Shown here: one piece after another, positions 47,588 through 60,848 of the stretch
How positions within the stretch are numbered: position 1 is the stretch's first letter
How the letters are laid out: each line of letters starts with the position of its first letter
From: Azolla caroliniana
Taxonomy: Eukaryota; Plantae; Polypodiophyta
DNA length: 64,000 bases
Assembly (NCBI GenBank): GCA_043228905.1
Contig: JBHGNT010000021.1
Coordinates: forward strand, 13,239,372-13,303,371
Direction of reading: 5' to 3'
The notes under the pieces: model-generated
Seen by the model: only the letters and a program-made list of their open reading frames with translations
The model's database searches: none
Told to the model about the DNA's origin: nothing
Translations under genes and position numbers: made by a program

Positions 47588-49014
47588 AACTCGATACTAC
47601 GTATTGAGTTTTAGCCCTAGGAGCCACAACTCGATACAGAGTATCAAGTTAAGACGCCCAACTGAATACGTCGTATCGAGTTTTAGCCCTGGTAGCCACA
47701 ACTCGATACGACGTATCGAGTTAAGACACCCAACTCGATACGCCATATCGAGTTATGGCTCCTAGGGCTTCAACTCGATATGGCATATCGAGTTGGGCAT
47801 CTTAACTCGATACGCCGTATCAAGTTTTAGCCATGGGAGCCACAACTCACTACGCCGTATCGAGTTATGACACCTAGGGCAACAACTCGATATGGCGTAT
47901 CAAGTTGGGGGACATAACTTGATACGCCATATCGAGTTATGACTCCCAAATCGTTACTGTGTCGTGAAGAATTTCGGCCAGAGGCAGAAACCGGGAAATA
48001 TTGGCTACATCGGCGGGGTGTAGCATGTGCGCTCACCCTTGTACACTTAGTGTGAATAACGAGGGCGCCTTTATGGCGCCGAAGAGTAATCAAGTGGGGA
48101 CAAGAATCCCATGTAATAAGGGATTTATCCCACGATGCTACGGATCCCTCTCCTTGTTCTATAAAAGGGAGGGAGCGCCCTTGGTGAAGGGATTGCCCAT
48201 TTTGGTAGTAGGGTATACCGTTAGAGGAAGAAACGTTCTCTCTTCCTCTTTCTTTTTCCCTGGTTATAGGGTTTCTTCTTTTTTTCCTCTGCTTCTTCCT
48301 CTTTGTCGTTCTGTGTATCGAGCCGAAACATCTAGCATTTCCATTTTCTGCCTGTCCTCTGTGCAAGACCCCGCTCGGCACGACGAGCCCGAGAGCTCCC
48401 CGACCAGCGGATTGGTAGTAGACGACTGTTGCAACCTGAGCTACTTAGGTCGGGCTCGATGCCAGTATTGTAATTTCCTTCTTGTAATATAACTATGGAA
48501 GGTTCTGCATATCGGTGTCTGTGTGGGTGTTTTGGTATTCTCTTACCTCCGTTTCTGTACATAAGGGTGTGAGTTGGGTCAGCGTGGTGCATGTGTGTGT
48601 GTGTGTGTGTGAGTCGGTGTCAAGCGTGCGCTCTCTCTCTTTCTCTCTCTCGTTCTGTTGCTTCTGGAACGCGTCCGGAATCTTCTTCTCGGCTTCCCTT
48701 CTTCCCTCGTCTGAGACCCCCGTGGTCCCGCCCTTCTACACGCACGCGCGTAATAACGCGACAACGGTGTATCTAGTTCTAGCCCTAGGAGTCACTAGAT
48801 ACGGTGTAACGAGTTCTAATACATAACTCAATACATGGTAACGAGTTCTGACACTGAACTCGTTACATCGTATCAAGTTGAGTGTCAAAACTTGATACAT
48901 TGTATGGAGTTCTTGGTCTTGGATCTATAACTTGATACATCATACTGAGTTGTGACCCTCACGTTGATACAGTGTACTGACATCGGGCCATAACTCGATA
49001 CGATGTACCGAGTT
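47588..49014. repeat. Array of ~18 palindromic 23-bp units (aactcgatacNNNgtatcgagtt) with mostly 9- or 17-bp spacers, split by a solo LTR
   Basis: Units read directly from the sequence; unit 11 is interrupted at 47959/48764. Confidence 0.92.
47960..48763 (+). mobile_element. Solo LTR of the TGTCG..CGACA Gypsy family
   Basis: tgtcgtgaag...cgcgaca; TATA at ~48160; 4-bp TSD actg/acgg; 3' end similar to the G LTR end. Confidence 0.88.
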
Positions 49015-49792
49015 ATGGATCCAAGAGTTAGAAGTGGGCACGCAGGTTATTCTGAAAGAAATATAAAGTACGTAGATAGTCAGATATCCGTACATTTTAG
49101 GGTTTAGATCCTACCTGGTGTTAGAACGAGCAATCTTTATGCTCGACATGATGATCGTGTCGGTTCGGGGATGTCAGAGGTATCTTGGGAGTCCTCGCAT
49201 CTCTGCTTTCATGCTCTGGAGAGTTGTTACGCTCAAATGTGGGGAATGAAAAAGAGAGGTTGGTTCCATTTATGGGAGGGGAAGCGACCATAGTTAAAAA
49301 ACTAACCACGGTTAGAATTAAATGTGAATAGTGCCTTTAGTTATTTATCTTAGAATTTGTATTTATTATTATCATAACATAATGATTATCTTTATCCTTT
49401 ATGTGTAATATGTTCATTATGATCTAGTAGTTATGATTTTATACTTATGTGTATTATGATTTAGTACCTATTATGATCTAGTACTTATTATGATTTAATA
49501 CATGTGCAAGGTCAGTCCAATGATTGAGTATACTTATCTACATTTATGGTAGTCTAATGATTTTGATTTTGAGAACATTCACTAATTGGGTGAGGATAGT
49601 GGTATTGTGCAATTATGTCATGTGGACATGTGATCAATTTTTATTTATAACTAATAGAAATGTAGAAAAAATTATACAAGAAAATATACAAAATACATAT
49701 ATAGTTCCTTAGAATTCTATTTGTAGTTTAAGTATGTCTTACAATTTGTATGCTTAGGGAGTGAAATATAAAGGATATTAGAACCTCAAACA

Positions 49793-52532
49793 ATGGGAAC
49801 TAATTCACCCTTTTCTGTTGAGGAATATCAACTATCATCGGATTCCTCACCTTCTCTGGGGTTTTCAATAGAAGAATACCATTGGTCTCAAGATTCTAAT
49901 TTCTCCGTTGAGGATTATATAATCTCCGACAATCCAGTAAATACGACAAGATGCCTTGAATTCTCAATTGAAGAGTATGACCCATACGCGGACTCGGGTG
50001 AGAATGTAGATGATTGTCAAAGTTCCGAAAGTATTTCTACGCAGCAACAGAGAACAAATGTGCGCCAAGAGGAGGACACGCCAATATCAGCTAAGGATGA
50101 TAATAAGTCAATGAGCCCCTTATTTTTCAAAAGGGTCTCAAGACGTATTAGTCGAGAACGATTTGCTTTAGTGACATCTGAGGCTCAACGTACCGTAGAT
50201 GTTAAAAAGACATGTTGCGCTCATGGGTGTATGGCGATGACTGGAAAGCAAAACTTGCGGTCTTTGAGACATTACTATTTTTCACTCAATGGTGATGAAC
50301 AAGACACTTATCTTATGACACACTTACAGATGGTGTCAGACAAAGCCTCAGATATCTCAATCTCTTTCGAGTATTACCTTTTTACGGCATGGCAATGTTG
50401 TAGAGTGGCATTCAAGATCGCACTTTGTGTTAGGAACATGAGATTACATAGAGTGCAACAAAGAGTTTTAAACGGCAACAATCCCATTGAAGATGATAAT
50501 TTGCCAAGTATGAAGGGTGCATCAGGTAGAAATGTGATCTGCTGAATGAAGACATACTTCAAGTTCAATTGTGAGATAATGCCAACTACCGGTAGGTTGC
50601 ATCTCTCTAACAATCATACACGTCGAGAAGTTTATGATTCCTATAGATCGGAAATGTCAACTTGTTGCGACAAGTATGTCACCTACAGTCAGTTCACAAG
50701 GTTGTGGACATTGCACTTTAGTAATGTTATTGTAAGTCATAAAGTACGTATGGGGTATTGTTCAGTATGTGCAAACCTAAAGAGCATGTGTAAAGGGGCA
50801 AAGACAACGACAGAGAAGGAGCTAAATAAGAAATTGTTACAATATCGCCGAGACGCCCAAGCATTAGAGCAAAAAAGAGCTATGCACCATAGGGAAAAGT
50901 TGATAAACAATCCAGCTAAGGACATGTGTTTAATGATAGATGGAATGGACCAAAAGAAGACGTGTCTACCTCATCTTAAACGTCTTCCTAAATATGTCAA
51001 CGACGATTGTCTCGTGCAGATGCACTTGGTGGGTTGTTTAGCCTATAATGGAAGTGTGAAGCCTCATGTCTTCATCACCTACCCAAATGTCCACAATGAC
51101 CCTAATTTAACAATCACTGTGATTCAAAAAGTATTGATGTGTTGAGGGCAGTCTTTGCCACCAGTTTTATATATTGAACTAGACAATACTACTCGGGAAC
51201 ACAAAAATTCTACGGTGTTTGGTTATCTAAGTATGTTGGTGAACCAAGGAATTTTTAGGAAAGTGAAAGTTAACTTTCTATTGGTTGGTCACACACATGA
51301 CCATATCGATCAGATGTTCAGTAACTTCTCTAGGCAGTTATCACAATATGATGCTTTTACATTACCTAAGTTGTCTGACATCATTCGTGATGCATATAGA
51401 CCACGCCCAATCGTGGAACACTTGAAGGAAATATATGATTTCAAGAGATACATATTAGATGGTAGTGAGCGAAATGCCAAAGTGTTAGCACCATTAAATA
51501 ATATTAGTTTCAACCACGTATTCTTAATAAATAAAAATGATCATAGTGGTTGTACATTATTATATGCAAAGCAGTATTCATCCTCCCCCCAATGGGAGCC
51601 TGAAAGCGGGTGTCAGTTTCTACTTCATATGCCTTCAACTTTTCTTTATGGTGCAGGACAAATGCCGATTGAGACTAAGAAAGTTGTCACCAATGTACTA
51701 GCTGATAATCCAAAGGATGTTTGGATGCAAGCGCTGCAAGACAAACGCAAGCACATTGACAATGCGAAGAAGTATGATGAGGAACAAGACACATCATGGT
51801 GGGATGTGTTCTTTAAATATCAAGAACAAATTGTTGACAATTGTGTCCTTGGTACTTGGACCGTGCAAATACCCTTCACCTGGAATATACAATAGTGTCG
51901 TAATTCTCAGACTTCTCCTCTTGCACCTAATGCGATTAATGATAGCTTGCTCCATCCACCACAAAGGGACATATATGTTGGACCTAGGCTAACAAAAACA
52001 ACGGAATCAAGGTGGCAAGGGAACTTGCAAGAATTGAAGGTGGGTATTTTAATTGCTACACCTGCTGATGATAATGAGCTGGGACATCAATTTTGGATTG
52101 GTAAGGTTTTAGATGTGGTGATGCATGAGAACCAAAGCCAAATCAGTCTATAAAGGTGCATTGGTACAACACTAAAAGAAAAAATGCCTTTACAAGCAAA
52201 AATGCCTTTGTCCACAGTCAAGGGGGAATATAAAGAGGAAAAGAAATATTTGTAGCACTTCATGCCTAGACATTGGTGACATAGATATTATTGTTCACGA
52301 CTTCACACTAACAAAAGTTGGATGTCTCAGGAAGTCTACAATAGATATTATCAAGGAGAAATTACCTATTCTACAAGGGATCTCATGTCGAAGGCAAACA
52401 AGATCTTCTATACATAACATGGAATGTCAACATCTAGTTTTAGATGAAGACAATGCCTTAATAGGTACATCCAAAGATGACGAGGAACAATCTGCATTGT
52501 ATATTAGTTATAGTAGCGACTCTGGAGCATGA
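49793..52532 (+). pseudogene. Decayed DDD/E DNA transposase, Sola-like
   Basis: ORFs starting at 49793, 50546, 51155 and 51947 share one frame separated by single stops. Motifs: CSVC, MIDGMD, LYIELDNTTREHKN, FLLVGHTHDHIDQMFS. Confidence 0.72.
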
Positions 52533-52924
52533 TACGAGTGATTTTTGTAAATTTTACACTCCTCAATGAAATTTTGGTATCTAACGTAAGAGAGTGTCAT
52601 TTGTAATACTCGAAACATGTGTAAATTATGTTTAGAAATATTATTGCTTTGTACAGACATTGTTTGTTACAAAATACATTACTTCTTGACTTCTCAGTGA
52701 TAGTGAACATTGTACCATTTCGATTATAGCATAATTTTAGCATTTTTCAAAGTTTAGGAAATGATGATTTTGTAAGGTTTTCCAACGACATTTTGAGAAC
52801 ATGTGATACTGGTATCATTACGTTTTGTGAATAGAGTATCTAAACCCCAAAATTTGAGGGAATATTCCTTATCCTTCAATTTTTGCGCTATCCTTCCACT
52901 TTTGAACGCAAACGTGTTACATGG

Positions 52925-53655
52925 CTTTTATGCATCGGAAGAAAGCCTTTACATCAACTCCTATTCTAGCTCATGTGAATACAAACAAACCATTCATCAT
53001 GGAGGCCGACGCATCGGATTTTGCCCTCAATAGCATCCTTTCACAACAAGGAGATAAAGTACATCTTGTGGCTTTCCACTCACGCAAATTTGATGCCGCG
53101 GAAATCAATTATGAGATACATGACAAGGATTTATTAGCCATTGTGGATTCGTTTGTGCAATGGCGGCACTTCTTAGAGGTCTCTCCTCATCAAGTCATCT
53201 TCTTCAGTGATCACAAAAATCTTGCTTATTTCCAGAACGCTCGCATACTAAATTGACAGCAAGCTCGGTGGGCCCAATTCCTCACGCGTTTTGACTTCAA
53301 AATCACATATCGGCCGGGGAAGCAACAAGGAAAAGTAGATGCACTATCGCGACACTCATATCTTGCACCTCATCCTGGTGATCCAGAAATTGATAATCAA
53401 AAGCAGGTAATCTTGGGACCAACACGTTTGCACACAACGCGGATTTTTCACTCCACTGGATTCCCGGATTATCAATGCCATATGTGCCAATTTGAAGACA
53501 GATTGTTTTGCTCAAGCCCTTCTAGCGCAATTTGATGCCTCTCGAGCATCCTGTTCCCAATCTCAACAACCAAGTATGGACTACCGACAATTAGAATATC
53601 ATGATGGTTTATTATTCTTTAAAAAGCTCATGTATGTTCCCGATTGCTCCTTTCG
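52925..53655 (+). pseudogene. Tcn1/chromovirus-like RNase H fragment
   Basis: EADASDFA, AFHSRKF..AEINYEIHDKDLLAI, SDHKNL, ARWAQFL and YRPGK..DALSR motifs. Confidence 0.88.
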
Positions 53656-56600
53656 CCAATTTCGGTACCGAGAGCTCACATCCCGGAGTTGATGGAGCTA
53701 TTGAGGCAGAAAGTCGATATGGGCATCCTCGAACCGTCGAGTGCCCCGTACTCGAACCGGTGGTTTACCGTACCGAAGAAGAACGGGACGTTGCGCTTCA
53801 TTCAATACCTGCAACCAGTCAACAGAGTGACCATTCGGAACGCAGGAATCGGACCAACGATAGACGAGTTCGCGGAGGCCTTCGCCGGAAGGTCGATCTA
53901 CTCGGTCGGTGATCTGTACTCGGGGTACGACCAGTTCCAACTAGCCGTGGAGAGTAGAGACATTACGACGATGCGGACTCCTCTCGGCCTAGTGCGGATG
54001 TGTACCCTACCACAAGGAGGGACGAACTCGGTGGCCCACATGGTGAATGCGATGAACAAGGTGTTGAGGGATTGTATCCCGTACATCACCATGCCATTCT
54101 TGGACGACATCCCGATCAAGGGATGTCCGGTGGAGAAAAAGGACGAAACGATCAGACCGGACGGATGCCGGAAATTCATGGCGACAAACATTGACGGCTG
54201 CGAGAGGGTGCTACAGAGGCTAGAGGACGCGAGGCTCACCTTCTCCGGGGAGAAATCGGCCTTCGAGCAATCAGAGATCATGGTCGTTGGACATCTATGC
54301 GGACCGTATGGCTGGAAACCGTCTCCGGCTAAGGTGGAAGCCATCTCCGCAATGAAGCCCGACTGTAACTCGGTCATGGAGGTACGGAGGTTCTTGGGAG
54401 CATGCGCGTTCTACCACATATGGATCCCACATTACGCCCACGTTGCTGAGCCGCTATACGGGTTGCTGAAAAAGGAGCGAAAATTCGAGTGGCGAGTCGA
54501 GCATACGGAGTCGGTCCAAAAAATGAAGGAGGCTCTTGCTGTCGCTCCGGCGCTCCGGAAGGTTGTCTACGAGAAGGGCACCCCCATCTACATAACGGTA
54601 GATACAAGCCCGACCGGGATCGGATGGGTTGTCAACCAAGAAGATGAGGACGGCATTCGGTTCCCAATCCGGTTCGGTGCGAAGGTCCTCAGCGAGCGAC
54701 AGCGAGGATATGCCCAGGTTAAACGCAAACTCTGGGGTATCGTTTCGGTGATGAAGGCCGATAAAGACTATCTGATCGGGACAGAGGTGATTATCGAGAT
54801 GGACTGCCTGCCGATTCTCGGCGTGCTTTCCGGATGCGCAACCCCGGACGTAGCAATGCTTAGGTGGATAGCGTACATCAAGTCCCTGGATCCGGAAATA
54901 CGACACATTTTTGGGAAAGACAATGCCATGGCCGACATGCTTTCGAGGGCTCGATTCGACGAGGAGGGCGGCATGGTTTCGGAGGACGAGGAAGTCGGCG
55001 TGGACTTCTTCGAAGCGGCTCACGTAACAACCGAGGGGGGGAGCACTCCAGCGCTTAACTATTTTAACGAGAGCAAGTACGATGGGGAGTGGCTGCAGAT
55101 TGGGGAATTTTTAAGGACGATGACGCTGGACGCGTCATGGACAAAGGACGAGGCCAACCGGATCCGGAAGAAAGCGTACCGATTCTTTCTCCGGGACGGA
55201 TACTTGCGGAAGCACCCGAAGAAGAGAAACGGCATCCCGCTCCGAGTAGTGGCAATGAAGGAGGAACAGGAGGAGTTGCTGAAGGCCTACCACGACAGCC
55301 CCTGGGCTGGACACCGTGGGACGTGGGCCACGTTCGAGAAACTAAAGGGGAAGTACTGGTGGCCGGGACTGTACCGGGACATGCATCGGTTCGTGACGAC
55401 TTGTGAGAGCTATGAGATACACTCCATAGTCCGACATCAGGACGAGCTTCACCCTACATACCCTCCGGTCATCCACTTCAAATGGATGGTAGATTTGGTG
55501 ACGATGCCGATGGGCGTAGGGCAGATGCGATATCTGGTGCTAGCCCGGGAGGACCTGACGAACCAGGTGGAAGGGCGAGCCCTGCCGAACAAAACGATCG
55601 CGGCCATGTGTCGGTTCCTGATTGAGGACGTGATATGCCGGTACGGGTGCGTCGGGAAGATCATGGCTGACCGCGAGGAGTTGGACGCCGAAGAGGCCGA
55701 GGAGTTGTTCGACCGGTTAGGGGTCAAGCTCTCGCTCACCACAGCGTACAATCCGGAGGCGAACGGGAAGGTGGAGCGCGGACACGGGCTGATCGTCAAA
55801 GCACTAGTCCGGGCGTGCGAAGGCTAGGTCGGGAACTGGCCACGACTGTTACCCTATGCCTTGTGGGCGGACCGGACAACGCACAGTTCGGTAATCGGGT
55901 TCATGCCGTCAGAGCTCATGTTCGGACAGAAGCCGATCATGCCGATGGAACGGACGATCTCCTCTTGGGCGATAGTAGACTGGAGAGACGAGATGGATCG
56001 GGAAGAACTGCTAGCGGCGCGTATACGGCAGCTCGAGCAGAGGCCAGAGGATGTGGAACGAGTGGCGGAGAGACTTCAGACGGCGAGGATGAAGAACAAA
56101 GCCCGGTTCGACCGAACGCACCGGCTCCGACCAAAGAAAATCGAGGAAGGCGACTGGGTGCTAGTCTACGACAGCAGCCTCGACAACCAGCACCGAGCGA
56201 CACGGAAGTTTGCGAAGCGGTGGTTCGGGCCTTACGTGGTAACGAGCACCAACGACAACGGGACGTATCACCTGGCGGAACTCGACGGTACGAGGATGGC
56301 GATACCGGTAGCGGGGAAGCGGATCAAAGCGTTCAAGAAGCGCCACGACGGCGAACCGGATCTAAGAGGCCTGGACAGCGACGACGAACAGTCCGGAGCG
56401 GAGGACGAACCGATGGACGAAGAACCGGAACCCGGACCAGTTTTCTCCAACCAGAACCCAATTTTGGCGCATACCGGTGGATGCGCGATTAGGTGGGGGC
56501 GGATGTCGTGAAGAAAATCATCCCTTAGCGCAATCGGTGCATAGCGTGCGTGAACCGGCTCTTCGCGCGTGCGCGCCCTTAATGTATATAATAGGGGATT

Positions 56601-57155
56601 AGGTACATAGGTATATCCGGGGTAGTTAGATTCGGTAGGTAGGAAGTAAATGAGGGAGACGGCTCCCTTCTGGACGCTATAAAGAAGAGGGAGACGCAGG
56701 GGAGAGGGGGATCGCGCATTGAGGAGGACGAAGTGTTGTCGGACCGTAACCGAATGCTTCTCCTCTGTTTGTTCTCCATCGCTCTTCTCTGCAGGTTTTC
56801 GGGAGGCCCGCGCTGCTTCGAGGAACACCCGTGTGCTTCCGGCAGCACCTCCATCCTTTTTCCCTTTCGTGCGCAGACGAACAGGCATCGGCATCTGTTT
56901 GCCGGCCTGTTCGGTTGTAACCGCTCGCGTGCTCTGTTGTTTATTTTGTTATTCGTTAATATATACACTTTCGTGTCTCTCTGTCTCTGTGTTCGTTCGT
57001 GCCTTCTGCGTTGAAGGGCCGTGCCCCTGTGTTCCTTTGCTCATACGCAACCGGGAGTCTCTCTCTTTCTATTTCCCCTTCTATCACCTGCTCTTCGGTT
57101 CAAGACCCCGGTGGTCCCGCCTCGTTTCTCCACGCACGCGCGTAGTAACGCGACA
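53656..57155 (+). mobile_element. 5'-truncated Gypsy G (same family as E): RT-RH-INT, PPT (56490-56503), 3' LTR (56504-57155)
   Basis: ORFs 53644-55827 and 55861-56511; the LTR is the reverse complement of the E LTRs. Confidence 0.92.
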
Positions 57156-60100
57156 ACGCATCTTGGTCCTACAAGATGCACGAGTACCTGCTTGGGCACA
57201 GTTACTGGAGCTATGTCGACAGAGCAAATGACACAGCACCTAAATCGACACACAAAGATTTCCCAGCGTGGGAACAATCGGCGAGAAGAGTGTTGTAATG
57301 TTTCGTGTCTTGTGTGGGCGAACAGCTATTAACCTACGTTCAGGATGCAAAAACGTCGAAGGGTTCGTGGGAAAATCTCAAGAAGATCTTCGTTGCGAGT
57401 ACCACACCCAGGAAGCTTCAGCTCTGACAGGAGTTGAGCAACCTACGACAACGCGAGTTTTCGGTGGCTGACTATACCTCGAAGATCAAGGACATATGTG
57501 ACTCCTTAGCTTCCATCAATGTGAACATCGAGGAAAGCGAGATGGTCTAGGTCTGTCTCGGGGGTTTGGTGTCAAAGTTTGGAGCATTCCGAACTGTTGT
57601 GTGTACACGGGAGAATATGTCATCGTTTTTCGACTTACAGTCGATGGTGCGTCGACAAGAACACATGCTGACAACAAGATGTTGTACACGGAGGGAGATA
57701 GGACCCATGGTCGTGGCGGACAAGGCAAGTCGTGACGGCCGACGGGATCAAGGAAGAACGCACCGAAGTGATGCCAGCAGCAATTCCGAACCCTCCGGAA
57801 ACAGGGGGAATCGAGACGACAAGAACCGGCAAGGGAAATCCACCGCGGAATGCTGGTACTATGGCAAGAAAGGCCAAAGGGAGAGCGAGTGCTGGAAAAA
57901 GCGTGCCGATTCGGAGAGAATCGGGTCCGGATCAGGTTCCGGACAAACTGACAAAGGAAATTGGCAACGATCGCACTACGCCGAAGGATCCGGAGAATCC
58001 GGAAAAGGGTCAGTCTTTGTGACAAGACATGAAGCAAACTCAATGAAGCAGACCACCCCGAAATCGGACGAGGTGTGGTACATCGACTACGGCGCATCAA
58101 ATCAGATGACGAGCCATAAGGAGTGGTTCTCGTACCTTGAGAAACCGACACAACCGGGAGTAGTCGCAACCGGAGACGACACTCCGTATCCAATCGCGAA
58201 TGTCAGTGAAGTTCCCTTGAGCTATGTCGGGCAGAAAGGGAAACTCATGAACGTGTTGCACGTCCTGACAATCACAAAGAACCTAGTGTCGGTCGGGCAG
58301 ATCGTCGACCAGGGGATGCAAGTTCGGTTTACGCATCTCGGGTGCTTCATTGAGGAAGAAGGTTGTGTTATTGCGCAAGGGTGCAGAGATGGGAGGATGT
58401 TAATCCTCTACTCTAGTGACGGTGGCCCCACAATGTTCGCGAAGGGACAAAAAGTCGAGTCGGACATTGACTTATGGCACAAGCGGATAGGCCATGTCAA
58501 CTACCAGCGGCTTCAGGACCTGCAATCGAAACAGGTGGTGTTTGGATTGCCCAAATTTAGTGGCCGGAAGGCACAAATTTGTGAAGCCTGCCAGCTTGGG
58601 AAGCAACACCGACTTCCCTTCCCCAACAAGTGTAACCGAAGCCGGAACAAGCTCGACTTGATACACTCCGATTTGTGGGGGCCAGCACAAAATGTTAGTC
58701 TTGGCGGGAGCCGATATTTCGTCTCCTTCATCGACGACTACACGCGGCACACGTGGATCTACCTCATTGAGAGGAAGAGCGAAGTCTTCGACTGTTTCCG
58801 GGACCTCAAAGGGTTCGTGGAAACAGAAACAGGCAGAAAGATCAAGTGCCTACGGTCGGATGGCGGAAAAGAATACTTTTCCGGTCAATTCAACGGTTAT
58901 CTACAACATATGGGAATTCGGCGCAAATTCATTTGTAGATACACACCGGAGCAAAACGGCGTGGCCAAGAGGAAAAATCGGTCGGTTGTGGAAGTGGCAC
59001 TGGCAATGTTGGAGGAGAAGAGTTTGCCCAAGTTCTACTGGGCCGAGGCGGTATGAACTGCGGTATACATCCAGAATCGGATCGGAGAAAAAGTGTCGGC
59101 GCACGAGCTATATTTCGGAATGAAGCCGAACTTGCGACACTTACGAGTTTTCGGTAGCATTGCCTTTGTGCATGTGCTGAAGGAGAAACGGAGGAAGCTA
59201 GATGCAAAGGCCGAGAAATGCATCTTGGTCGGTTATTCGGATGAGCAGAAAAATCGGTCGGTTGTGGAAGTGGCACGGGCAATGTTGGAGGAGAAGAGTT
59301 TGCCCAAGTTCTACTGGGCCGAGGCGGTATGAACTGCGGTATACATCCAGAATCGGATCGGAGAAAAAGTGTCGGCGCACAAGCTATATTTCGGAACGAA
59401 GCCAAACTTGCGACACTTACGAGTTTTCGGTAACATTGCCTTTGTGCATGTGCCGAAGGAGAAACGGAGGAAGCTAGACGCAAAGGCCGAGAAATGCATC
59501 TTGGTCGGTTATTCGGATGAGCACAAGGGTTATAACTGTTATAACCCGCGCACCAAACAAGCGTGCGTGAGCCGTGACGTTGTGTTTGACGAGTCCGCGT
59601 CTTGGTACTTGCCTCTGACTCCGGAGCTCAACTCCAATCCGAGCTTTGACGATGAGGTCAGCGAGACTGAGATGCCTCCGGATGAGCCTGAAATCGAGAC
59701 CCACGAAGAGAGTCTAATTTCGTTTCGGATAAGTGGACCGAATGAACGACTGAGTTGGTTCGACCAGTCTGATGAAGAGCCGGCGAGTAGTGGAGATTCG
59801 GACGTGCATTCCCCGCGCAAGAAGCCGAGGAGACAGCTAATGCGCAAAGAAAAAGGGAAGAAGAAGGTGTCGGATTACGGCATGGATAGGAATGAGTCAG
59901 ATCGATGCGAGTCCGACTCCGAGGGAAGCGGTGACGGGTCTTCAAGAGCGAAGTCCGTGTCGGCCAAGAAGACCTCGACATCGGCTAATGACCAATTATG
60001 CCGATCTACCCGCCAAAAGAACCCTGTTGTGCGGTTCGGTTACAATGAGTACATGGCGCATCACTATGCGTACATGTCCCGTGTTGCGGAAGTGCGCGAG

Positions 60101-60848
60101 CCGGAGAGCTACGCAGAAGCGGCGAAAGCCGCGAACTTGCGTGCCATGATGGAGGAAGAGATGTGCGCATTGGTGGAAATGAAACCTGGGACCTGGTTGA
60201 CGCACCAAAAGGTGTGAAGCCGATCGGATGTAGGTGGGTGTACATGGTCAAGTACAACACCGACAGCTCAATCAACCAATACAAGGCCCGGTTGGTAGCA
60301 AAAGGCTACGCGCAGAAACACAGCATCGACTACGATGAGACGTTTGCGCCAGTCGCGAAAATGACGACCATCCGTGTTTTGCTCGCGGTAGCTGCGGCAA
60401 AGGGGTGGCACTTACATCAGATGGATGTAAAGAATCCATTCCTGGAAGGTGAGTTTGAGGAACAAGTGTACATGGTACAGCCCCCTGGATTTCACTCCGG
60501 AATGAACACTTCGGCGGTGTGCTGATTGAAGAAGTGCCTTTACGGACTAAAGAAAGCCCCGCGTGCCTGGAACGTGAAGATCACGCAAAGACTGCGTCAG
60601 ATGGGCTTTGCAAAGTCAAAATCGGACTCTTCCCTGTTCATCTGGAAAGGTCGACTTGGTCCAGTCAGTATTTTACTATACGTTGATATCTTGGTCATCA
60701 CTGGCACCGACCTAGGTGAAATCGACCGTGTGAAGCTCCAGCTTGCGGCATCGTTCGACATGAAGGATCTAGGGGATCTTCATTACTTCCTCGGGATCGA
60801 AGCGATCCATACCCCCAAAGGCATATTGATCAGCCAACACCGTTACGT
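57156..60848 (+). mobile_element. Copia H internal region (gag-PR-INT-RT), degenerate; bounded by the G and I insertions
   Basis: Homologous to A and D: LWHKRIGH, CLRSDGG, ETFAPV, FDMKDLG. Confidence 0.9.
58973..59524 (+). repeat. 276-bp tandem duplication within the Copia H integrase
   Basis: NRSVVEVA..FYWAEAV*..ILVGYSDE occurs twice; ORF starts at 59093 and 59369 are 276 apart. Confidence 0.92.

Noticed and set aside
47588-49014. CRISPR array
   Set aside because: The repeats are palindromic, but the spacers are only 8-17 bp and recur. There are no cas genes and the context is eukaryotic.
46660-52920. Complete DNA transposon with terminal inverted repeats
   Set aside because: No matching termini or TSD could be identified by eye, and no second palindrome array lies on the right side.
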